A program made the translations under genes and the position numbers. A model generated the notes under the pieces. It was not told the origin of the DNA. It saw only the letters and a program-made list of their open reading frames with translations, and did not search any database. 33,682 bases of DNA, from positions 163,382,752 through 163,416,433 of the forward strand of contig JANKJI020000002.1 in assembly GCA_024626585.2 (NCBI GenBank), given 5' to 3'. Of the stretch, positions 23,831 to 33,682 are shown in pieces. Within the stretch, counting starts at the first letter, position 1. Each line of letters starts with the position of its first letter. This DNA comes from Ginkgo biloba (lineage: Eukaryota; Plantae; Ginkgophyta).

Positions 23831-25630
23831 CAAAATCACATATTTTACATAGAGTTCTCTTAATATGAGCCTCTGCAGCTTCATCCTCACTAATGAAGGT
23901 CTATAAAATTTATTCACTTAGTGTTATAAATAATTATCAAGAATAATGGCCCTTGGCATCAACTAAAATAATCTACAAGTACTTGAATGATGTCTTTCCT
24001 TGGAATTCATTTAAGTCTTTTCTCTTCTCTATATATTCACTTTCATGAAGGCTTTCCCTTAGTGAAATTATCCTCATTTTTCATTCTACTTCCCCATATC
24101 AACATTCGACAACTCACTGGCTTCACATACTCACATATGTAGGAAAGAAAACCAGAGAACTACAATCAATGATCCATCAACCATAGCTAACCAACCCTTT
24201 CTTCTTTGCCGAGCTCCCTTTTTATACATGAGCCTTCATGACCTTAAAAGACTAGTGAAATGTTCACTCTCAACTCCCATGACCATGTTAGGTGTAGCAT
24301 TTAATTTTTAATGGATACCAACCTTTACTGCACTATAATGGCTCTTTGTGAGTCCTCTGGTTAAAATTAATTCTTTCACAATTGTCTAGTAGATGTGGTA
24401 GATATTACTCCACCTTTATAATAAATCATCCACATGTGTATTTTTAAATCTATGTTGCTTTCCCACCCGTATCATTATGGCTTCTTGGATTCATACATTC
24501 TTAGTCCATAAAAACATCCATGTAAGGGAAATATCACTTGCTTCTTGGTTGTACTAGGTCCATGTTATGCTCCTGGTCCTTATTTATGAATACATTCCTT
24601 GTCATGATGACCCAACATACTCCTAGATTATACCATTGTGCTACTTTTCTTGATGGGGTGACATGGATTCAATCCCCTCTATATCACCTCTTAGTCTTAG
24701 TTAATCTCATCAAGCTACCAAGATGTTATTATTGTCTTCCTTCTAGGTGCCACCAAGTGACTAGCCCAATGATGTCTAAATCCTGGTCCTTATTTTTCTT
24801 CTTGGGTTCACCAAGAATCCTTTTTATATCCAAGACCTAATTCCTCAATTTTAGTGCCTTTCAAGTTAGACCAGGTCATGGTCCTTTATAATTCCTTTAG
24901 GAGTGAGTCCTTTCATAAAAATTCTCTTGATTAGGTAAGCCATCCAAGGAAGACTAGAAAGGGAATGCCTCCTAAGAGATAGCTCTTCCTTAGTACTAAA
25001 TTTTCTCTTAGTCCTCTACAAACCTCCTTGACATGCTAGTACCTCACAAATTGACTAGGAGAAGTCCTTTTAAGTGATCCTATAGGTCCCCATGAATACT
25101 GTATGCACTCTTAGATGCTAAAGGATTACTTTTGACTGCCAAGAGAAAGATCATTCTACACCACATTGTCTTAGGTGATAAAGCCACTCCTAAGCCTACC
25201 AAGAATATATCTGACTCGTAGGGGTCTTTAGTAATAAGAACAAAGAGAGAGTAAAGGTTTTGTGCTAACTTCATTCTTGGTTTCTCTTCATTTTCTAGGT
25301 ATTCTAGGGCTACTCTTCCTAGCCAAGAGATAATTCTTTATTTACCATAATTGATACTCTATCAAGCTCACAGGTGTTAAATTCTTTAAGGCTCTTCTAG
25401 GAGCCTAATTATTAATGGTCCTGATAGCCTAAGAAACTAATAGGGAGCCTTCTCTAGTGGATGAGTCCCTTCATAGAAATAAAGAGAATGCCCAAACATG
25501 ATACACGTATAAAAAATGAACATACAAAATATATATGGTCAAATACCTGCATGCACTAAAATGAAGCCATTACATTTGTAGGCCAAAACTATGCACGATA
25601 ATGGAGTGTGACCATTATGCTCCTACATCA
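23831..25630 (-). mobile_element. LTR of the CRM-like family, copy 2 (5' LTR position), fused directly to gag
   Basis: Homologous to 18280-19460 with an extra ~460 bp (about 24865-25325). The right boundary is placed at the CCTACATCA end at 25630 (TGATGTAGG on minus) and is ambiguous. Confidence 0.7.
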
Positions 25631-26876
25631 AGGGGGGGAGAGGCAGGAAAAATCTTAGTGGCTATATATAGCCATTTGGCTATTTTTTTCCAAGATTTNN
25701 NNNNNNNNNNNNNNNNNNNNNNNNNNNNNNNNNNNNNNNNNNNNNNNNNNNNNNNNNNNNNNNNNNNNNNNNNNNNNNNNNNNNNNNNNNNNNNNNNNTA
25801 TATAATATATATTATAGATATTATATACTTTATAATTAAATGATATATAATACATAGAGATACATAGTTATGCCAATCTAGCATGTACTCCATAGTGGAT
25901 CTGTATCTCGCACTGACATACATTACATTATCATGACCAAGGTTTCCCTTGGTGTTCAATGCACCCTCAAAATCTTCTATCGGTGCTTAGTGCACCCTAA
26001 AAAATTCCTTAAACAACCTTGATCCATAAATAAAGAACACAACATAGCTAATGGCTCAGGGAAAGAGATAAAACCCATGTAAATAATATAAAATTCTTGA
26101 CTTTAATATGATACAAAAATTATATCGATTTCTTAAACATTAACCTTCTGTAAAAATGATGCTATGTTATTTTATTTGAAGAGACTACTGTAAAATTATG
26201 TCCTGTTATGTTAGTCAAAGAGCCTGCTAAAATTTCATATTATTTTTTATCTTTTTCATATGCTTATGTGCTTACAAAGAACAACATTACCCCAAACCTA
26301 TTATGTATTCATCAAATAAAGGAATGCAGAATATCAAATGTGAGCATACCTTCTATATATTGGCAGATTTCACACTCGATGGAAGTGTAGATTCTAGTAT
26401 CAGTGCAAGTGCAGATCTCAAAGAAACTTGCCACGTTAATGTTAATTTTAGATTCGAATTTGATAGAGGAAGCTAACTTATTTTTTAAATCAATTTTCTA
26501 TGGAATCTGAGGGAGAGAGAAAAATGGAGTACTTGATGAATTCAATTGATCCATCAACACATATATTTATAAACATGCATATAAAGTTAATTGTTGGTCG
26601 ACATTGATAATGTTAAGTATGATTATTTTTGTCAATATGTTAAGCAAATTTTATTATTTTAGATGTTAATATTATTTTATGGTATCGATGTCATTATGAC
26701 ATAAATATAGTATAAATAGATACTAAATAGACGAAATTCAAAATTTTATTAAATATAATTTATGGANNNNNNNNNNNNNNNNNNNNNNNNNNNNNTAATT
26801 TTTTTAGATATATAGTATAGATATGTAGATAAGCCCTCTTTCGAACCCCCCCCCTTTCCTATCCTTCGCATTATAG

Positions 26877-26892
26877 GTGTGTGTGTGTGTGT
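26877..26892. repeat. (GT)8 microsatellite
   Basis: Read directly. Confidence 0.9.
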
Positions 26893-26986
26893 TCTCATTG
26901 AAATAATCAAAGCCTTCTTTTAATTATATTTATGATGATGGATCTTAAGCATAACCATTTTATTTAATATGTATGATTTCAATAGG

Positions 26987-27004
26987 GAGAGAGAGAGAGA
27001 GAGA
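26987..27004. repeat. (GA)9 microsatellite
   Basis: Read directly. Confidence 0.9.
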
Positions 27005-27104
27005 TTCCTAACCACACACAATGATCTTTAAACTTATTTGAGGTACTATAATTACTAGCTAATGAATTATTCCTAGCCACACATAGTATTCTTTATAATT
27101 ATTT
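27004..27104. repeat. Diverged 36-bp direct repeat, 65-bp period
   Basis: ATTCCTAACCACACACAATGATCTTTAAACTTATTT (27004-27039) versus ATTCCTAGCCACACATAGTATTCTTTATAATTATTT (27069-27104). Confidence 0.75.
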
Positions 27105-27275
27105 TAATTACTTTAATTACTACTTTTGTCATGGTGGCTATTATAAGTATATTTATGTTACTTTTTTTTTTTTTTNNNNNNNNNNNNNNNNNNNNNNNNN
27201 NNNNNNNNNNNNNNNNNNNNNNNNNNNNNNNNNNNNNNNNNNNNNNNNNNNNNNNNNNNNNNNNNNNNNNNNNNN

Positions 27276-27429
27276 TGGGAAGCTCATTGTATTTTGAGAA
27301 TGAACTAATATTGTGAGTTCATTTGTTCTAAATATCTTGAAAGGTAGGGTTGGGGTCGATGATAGAGTGTTAGGCCTCTACTGTGAGTTTCGCCTAGCAA
27401 ATCAACCGCCGCACCCCATCCCTGCGTCA
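27276..27429 (+). mobile_element. 3' end of a solo or 3' LTR, same family as 20633-20737
   Basis: Inverted homology to 20633-20737. Ends CCTGCGTCA and is not followed by a PBS. The 5' part is lost in the gap. Confidence 0.7.
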
Positions 27430-28844
27430 TTTTTATCAACTCCTATATTGGGAATATTTAAAGGTGAAATATTTGTTAAATCCTATGAATATTTCTTAAA
27501 ATGTTGTATATTCACTTTGAAAATATATTAATGGAAAATAAAAAGACACATTAGTAGAAAGAAGAGACAAATATTTATAAAACTAAGAACCACTTATGGC
27601 AAAAAAGGAGCAAGAATGGAGGAGATACATATCAACACACTCCATGGATATTGATTAGGGATGAACCACTAAGAGTGAAATATGAAATATGTTTAATACA
27701 AATCCATGAAAGATATGTATTATCATTAAAAAGGAAAATCTACTACTAATGGACATCTCACATAAGGTAGATAAGTTTTATTATGTTTCAATAAAAGATG
27801 TTAAAGAGAATATTTTAAGACTGAAAAGGAGTATTCTCTTATGAAAAGGTGGTTGTTGTAGACTATAAATATGATTAATTATAAATTAAATATATAGGTG
27901 AGAGTATTTTGGTATTGTGTAAGAGAGAACTTAATTGAAGAATATATTCTCTCCACTAGTCTTTGTACAAATGTTTTGGTGAATGGAATAGGCTTTGGCC
28001 AATGTTTGTGTTGTTGTTATGAATATGTTATTTTGAATTGATTTAGTTCAGAGTTAGAGAATAAAAGAAGTAAACATTGGTTCCATTGCCAAAGGAGAGA
28101 CAGTCAAGTGTTGTCCGAAGTTATACAGTCAATCTTTAAAGCGTCTTACAGTTTAGGCTTAAAGATTAGACGAATTCTGGTTAATCTTTGAAGAGTGTTG
28201 CCATAATTGTGGTTTCAACTTATGAATAGTAAAGATTAACATAATTTTTTTGATTCTTTAAAGATTCAATAGAGTTGTTGTAGGTTTGAAGGTCATCTAG
28301 GATTGAAGTAAAGTCTGCGTAGGATTATGTTGAGTTGGATCATTGAAGTAGCTAGTAAGAGCACTTCGGGAGTCCAAAAGAGTCATGACTTCAAATGAAG
28401 ATAGGATTTAAAGTCTGTGTCAAAAGAGTTGACGAGTCGTGGAAGGGACCTCAATTCTTTAAATATTACTTAATGTTTGAGTAATATGCATAAATCTTTA
28501 AAGATTATTCAAGATTATGTGGAATTACCAAGGAAGGGTAACGTTCTGAGTAGACATATGAAGGATTTGGGAGGAAGAAGGAAGGAGACTCTACACTAAA
28601 TAAAGGGTGTAAGAGCTTTTAATGCATAAATTTTTTTACGTAAAGGTTGATTGATTAAGTGCAAATGTGTTGTCCAAAGTGGACTCATACTCATAAGCTA
28701 GCCAAATGTCACAAAGTTAGGTTTGAGCATCTGGTTAGAGCTAGTAGAAGACAAGTTGTAAATGGTAGAATCTTGGTTGTATGGTATTGTGTTGATTGTA
28801 ACATTGTTTTATCACAAGAATTTTTGTGATTGTCTTTAGAAAAT

Positions 28845-29295
28845 ATGAGGAGTGTAAAGATTGAAGGAATTTGAAGAAAACTTGTTGAGAGATTTAATGA
28901 TTCAAAGAATTATTGAAAATTTATAAAGGTTAAGGAAATTTTGAAGGAAACTTAAAGAATCAAGAATTCTTTAAAGAAGTGTGAAGAACTTTAAAGATTG
29001 ATATCTTTAGAGATAAAGAGTTGTAAAGTTGGAGCATTTTCCTGAAGAAGTGAGAGAGAGATTAAGACATCTAGAAACACAAGCTAATAGAGCATTGGGG
29101 TTGCTGGTAAATGTAACAACTTCAAAGGAGATTGTATATTTGATGGCGGCATTTGCAAATAATATTTTTGGTAATCAAGAAGGTCCAACCATTAATATTA
29201 TGGAAGGCTTCCAATGTTTGATGGAATGGGAGATGGAGAAAGACGTCTCTTCACACGCAAATGCATTTGGGAAGCCATAAGTCTAATTGATGAAA
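28845..29295 (+). pseudogene. Decayed ORF of unknown type (charged helical), probably retroelement-internal
   Basis: ATG 28845 frame MRSVKIEGI*RKLVERFNDSKNY*KFIKVKEILKET*RIKNSLKKCEEL*, then after a frameshift the protein-like 83-codon ORF 29029-29280. No recognisable domain. Confidence 0.35.
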
Positions 29296-30679
29296 NNNNN
29301 NNNNNNNNNNNNNNNNNNNNNNNNNNNNNNNNNNNNNNNNNNNNNNNNNNNNNNNNNNNNNNNNNNNNNNNNNNNNNNNNNNNNNNNNNNNNNNNAACAT
29401 AAAATAAAATTTTGAAAAATGAAAAAATGGGAACTTAAAATCCTAAGACAAAAATGTGAAACCTTAGGAAATAAAAAGAATAAATTTTATTAGCCAAAAA
29501 AAGGAAAATGAAAGATGTTAAAAATATAGCAAGACATGGCAATGGAAAATGGCCAAAAGTTTAGGGAAAAAATAACCCAAAAATGCTACAAAAAAATGAA
29601 GGAAAAAAAGGGATGAAATAATTAACAAAAAAGATTAAAAAAAAAAATTATAAAAGATGCCAAAAAGTTATGGGAATAGTGGTTCCTCATATGGGAATAG
29701 AAAAGGAGTAACCAATATGCTAAAAGAGGGCCAAAAAAATTGAGAAAAAGAGGCCAAAAATGGTCATGGTCGTATAGTGCTAACATGGCAAAAAATGCAG
29801 AATAAAATACAAAACAATATGTAAGAAATTAAAGAAAATGAGGGAACCCATGTTGGGGAAAAAATGAGGGAAAATGGGATTAGTAGAATTCCACATCATT
29901 GGCAAAGATTGTTTACCACCCCAGGTTTCATACCAATCACTCACTTCGGATTTCAAACGGATTGGAACAGAGACGCAATTCATTGAGTCCATGAAAGGGG
30001 ACTGCAACTCAAAAACAAGATTCAAACCAGTAAATAACCTCATGGACAACTGCTAGAAGGACCAAAGATGAGTCATGACTACTCTGACATTCTTGTGGTT
30101 GCATGCCTTAAAATCACTACAAATCCTAGCAGGTTAGGAAGATTTAATCCCTTTGCAATGATTTTTCTTAGTAAAACAAGGAGCCTATATGCTTAAAGCC
30201 TAAAGCAAACTAGCTTGTTTAATTCTAGTTCTTGGGGCCTACATTGGACCCCTAATTTACAATATTGAAAATGTTTTTTAAATTCCAAAAAAGAACTTGT
30301 CTACAAATGACAATACATGCTACCTGGGAAAAATGAGTAATAGTGAAATGCGTGCAGGAGAAATGGACAAACTGTATTAAGAAGAGGAGCATATTCCTTT
30401 TAATCAGGGGTGAAGTGAAGTAGCCAATCATCTAAATTATTATGTACCCCTCCTGAGATCAAGTGAGTGTACTATTCCTCTTCAAAGAAGAGAACTGATG
30501 ATCTAGAACGTGCAACCTAATGCAAAACTGCCAAAATGTATTCCTAGGAGGATTTTAATTTCCTATCTCAAGTTGGTTATGTTATTCAGGATAAGGTGGA
30601 GAAACACGACTTAAATAATTATAATTATTCAGCAACTTCTTCTTCACAAGTGTGAAATTCCTTGATTCAGATTGATACC

Positions 30680-31360
30680 AATATTAAGCTTGTTCCTTTG
30701 AATGGATTCATCAATGCAAAAAAGGTTAATGGATGGGTTTGAGATTGGAAGTATATTTTGAGTATCAAATATTTTCAATTGACCAATGGTGCCTCTTTAC
30801 TAAGTTAAATTGATAAATAATGCATTACTTTAGTGGGATTCCATTTTTTCTAGAAGAGCCAAAGTTGGTTTGGATCAGATTTCAGTATGGGCTGACATGA
30901 AGGAGTAGATTCAAAAAATTCCATGGAACACAAGCAACAGTTGGTGAAATGTTAGCATCATGTGTGCCAAGTTTCTAGACAAGTAGATTAGGATTGCATT
31001 GATTATTTTTAGAAGATTAGTATTCAACTTGACGTGTTTCAGGATGAGGCAACTTTCACACTAAAATTTGTTGGTGGATTATTATTAATTTATCAATGTG
31101 AGTTTAAGCTACTTCCAAACAAATTCTTGAATACATTATTCAAAGTGTTTAATTATGTACTTAATATTGAGAAGAAGGTAAAGCGTACTCCTTCTCTAAA
31201 GAATAATGGTTCTAGTGCCCCTTCATCCATTGTAACATTCTCTTTTCCCTCAGCTACAAGAGATAAGTGACAAAGGTTTTGAAGGAAGGTTGATTATTCA
31301 AAATATTGTACCAAACATAAGTGTTATGGATATACCTATGATGTGTGTTACTCTAATCCA
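30680..31360 (+). mobile_element. gag: Ty3/gypsy gag relic (third gag type, CRM-related) with Zn knuckle
   Basis: LNGFINAKKVNGWV*, LEVYFE, NNALL*WDS, ISVWADMKE*IQK, TLKFVGGL, NIEKK, then KYCTKHKCYGYTYDVC (C-x2-H-x4-[H>Y]-x4-C) at 31301-31348. Several frameshifts. Confidence 0.75.
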
Positions 31361-31886
31361 AAGAACTAAGGGGAGACTACAATAACCATAGTATTGACCA
31401 AAGAAGAAGGCAAGATGTTTCATCTTTCTGGNNNNNNNNNNNNNNNNNNNNNNNNNNNNNNNNNNNNNNNNNNNNNNNNNNNNNNNNNNNNNNNNNNNNN
31501 NNNNNNNNNNNNNNNNNNNNNNNNNNNNNNNATAGGTGCTAAAACAGGCGATAGCAGTGATGATGTCTTACATTTTGTTGGTTTTCTCCCTAGATTTGAA
31601 TAAAGTGGAGGATTTTAAATTTTATCTCCTTATGCCTACTAAATCTTTCTAGTCCCACTTTAGTCTTTCATGTAACTTTTATATTAAGAAATCTTTTAAT
31701 TTATCCAAATGATCTTCCCCTTTTTCTCTAACCCCATTGATCCACTTAAATGGTTTCAAGTGGAGGGACCAATTGATCTCAATTAAAAGTTGATTGATGG
31801 TTTTGACGATTTTATGGCTAGATAGTTTTATTTAGTTAAATAGGTATTTTGTCCACCTCTTTTCATGCATAGTACTAAACGTAAAT

Positions 31887-31983
31887 AATATTGAGACATG
31901 ACACAAAATTTTGAAGATTAAGAATATATTTACAAATAAAATAGGAGAATTTTATGCCTATGCAAATATTGAGACATGACACA
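31887..31983. repeat. Perfect 19-bp direct repeat, 78 bp apart
   Basis: AATATTGAGACATGACACA at 31887-31905 and 31965-31983. Confidence 0.85.
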
Positions 31984-32049
31984 TAGTGAGATAATAACCA
32001 AAATGTAATCTTGTTGTCCATGTGCCTAGAGTTGTTTTCTTGATGTTGT

Positions 32050-33326
32050 AGCTAATGATGGCACCTCACATGTTCAAATCACGTAATTATAACTACAAGC
32101 CTATGGTAGTTTGAGTATAAATTATTAACCAAGAATATGCTTTACAGACTATTTGATTCATTGGAAAGTAGACAAAAAATGCTATAACTATTCTTATTTA
32201 AGTAAAGGTTACATCTTCACCATTTGTTCTTTATAATGCTTGTAATTTTGCTATTTAGAATTGAACATAATTCTAAAATTTTTTCTTTTCTTATTAAAAA
32301 AAGAAAAAAATTGAGCTTATAAGTTATCCTTCCATGGGTCATGCTTAATGGCTTGGATAAAAAACTTATACGAGGCACATATCATTAGAGGCTTTTTAAT
32401 AATTTTTTGCTAGTTAAATATCATTGTAAAAGTAAGATGTGATAAAGTAAATTTGATTATTATTCTTTCACTAATTTTGAACTAGGATTAGCTTTATCTT
32501 TTTCTTAGTTTAGTAAAGTTCATGTAAGTACATCCATCTTATCTTTCTTTGGATTTTTATTAGAATCATTTAAATGCTATTTTAATCATTCTAATTTTCT
32601 ATAAAAGCAAACAACTATGCATATGAATGAGATTCTTATTCAATTCTCTATAACTTCAAGTATGAGATTTGTCTTAGTATGTGCAAGTTTTCTATTTCTC
32701 TTATTTATATGTGAATTTCTCAAATCTTAGAGGAATGAATTCTTGTTAAAAAAGATTGGATTCTCATTATGTGTTAGAGCAAGTAAGAGACTTCTTTATA
32801 ACCCTGGTCTTGAAATCCCATCAATTATAGTGACCAACACCCTTCTTATCGATTCCAATATCAACAAATCATAATATTTATTTTTAGATTAACATTTATG
32901 CATATAACTAGATTACAGGAGATATGACCTAATTTGCAGGAGTTCATTCAACCTCAAACCTACTCCAATGGAAGCTCATTTGAAAGAGTTTTTAGATGCT
33001 TTCAATGATTTCAAGTTTCAAGTCCGAATGCAAAAGTTATGCCTGTTTTACTGCAAGGTGTCAAAGTTGATATTTCTTACTTGTGGATGGCGTTTCTCAG
33101 ATTTGAGTTATTTATCCAATCTAACATCTCCAACACAAACATAACTTTGAATATCATCATTGTTGGAGGATTTAGGTTCAATATTGATGGAGCAATAAGC
33201 ACCAATTAGTAATCTTTCACTCAAGCCTCTACTCAAACTTTTGCATCATGTTGGAGGCTTGTTGCTTGTTTCATCAATTAAGATCAAAGCTCTCATTCTG
33301 ATCATGCACATTAACTTATACCAATT
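32050..33326 (-). mobile_element. Possible very old gypsy 5' region: PBS remnant, leader, gag/protease traces
   Basis: Minus strand AACA-AT-TGGTATAAG near 33326-33315 (LTR end plus PBS remnant). Weak gag-like words QEFIP, NLHILRQ, LFAFIEN at ~32750-32590 and HILG**F near 32135. Confidence 0.3.
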
Positions 33327-33682
33327 GTTTCTCATAAATTAGTATCATACTTGTAATTTCCATTGAGGTATCATCTCTTGCAGTTATTCTTCTTTGCCAA
33401 AAATCTTATTTATGCCATTGATTGAGTTTGCTTTCTTTCTCTCGCGAGAAAAATGATGTTGAGAGTCACCACAAACACTATGAATCACTACAATTACTCA
33501 AAACAATGCTGCCTTGAAATGCTATGGATTCCTAACAAAGTGAGATTTTTTTCCTTTATGTAAAAAAATCTAGGTTGTTCGACATTTCTAAGATGATCAT
33601 AGAGGCTTCCTCTATCCCCAACAAAGGTTGGGCTGACAATTCAATGCGGTGACACTTCTAAAACTTATGCTCATCTCAATTC

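Larger units (their letters stand above)
210..31531. other. Assembly gaps: 14 x 100 N and 4 short gaps
   Basis: 100-N gaps start at 1081, 2603, 3970, 5087, 9395, 15183, 18119, 19461, 20738, 22163, 25699, 27176, 29296 and 31432. Short gaps at 210-219, 3484-3499, 6083-6105 and 26767-26795. The fixed length implies placeholder sizes, so true distances and adjacency across gaps are unknown. Confidence 0.97.

Noticed and set aside
24538-24840. 100-aa plus-strand ORF
   Set aside because: Lies in the LTR, antisense to the element; the homologous part of LTR copy 1 has no matching ORF.
25631-25648. AGGGGGGGAGAGGCAGG as a polypurine tract
   Set aside because: Wrong side and strand relative to the LTR end at 25630, and no TG LTR start follows it.
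20615-27531. Shared peptide ILKGRVG.(N/D)DRVLGLY in two ORFs as a conserved small protein
   Set aside because: Explained by nucleotide homology of two LTR ends; similarity stops at the LTR boundary.
29396-30243. A-rich block ending GGGGCCTACA as an LTR
   Set aside because: Plausible, but there is no partner, no clear PBS and no TSD, and the left end is in a gap.
2468-31603. ORFs containing X runs, e.g. 2468-2812, 3963-4202, 20615-20863, 25615-25959, 31394-31603
   Set aside because: Their length is inflated by N gaps; they are not evidence of genes.

Overview
AT-rich (roughly 30% GC by eye), strongly CpG-depleted eukaryotic sequence from a fragmented draft scaffold with 14 gaps of 100 N and 4 short gaps of 10-29 N. 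I find no intact protein-coding gene, rRNA, tRNA or CRISPR array. The ORF track is almost entirely chance ORFs, gap-spanning artefacts or pieces of dead retroelement frames. The window is an old plant heterochromatic transposon graveyard, most consistent with a gymnosperm-type genome (inference from the element families). It holds several decayed Ty3/gypsy gag and gag-protease regions, including two paralogous CRM-like copies with their long LTRs. There are also LTR ends and tRNA-iMet primer-binding sites, a Tat/Ogre-like gag relic, a probable very old LINE RT relic, and long decayed accessory ORFs of unknown function. The best-preserved element is a 205-bp tRNA-derived SINE-like insertion (13236-13440) with a perfect 26-bp target-site duplication. 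All protein assignments come from manual translation and motif recognition, not database searches. I cannot support a claim of a new functional system here.
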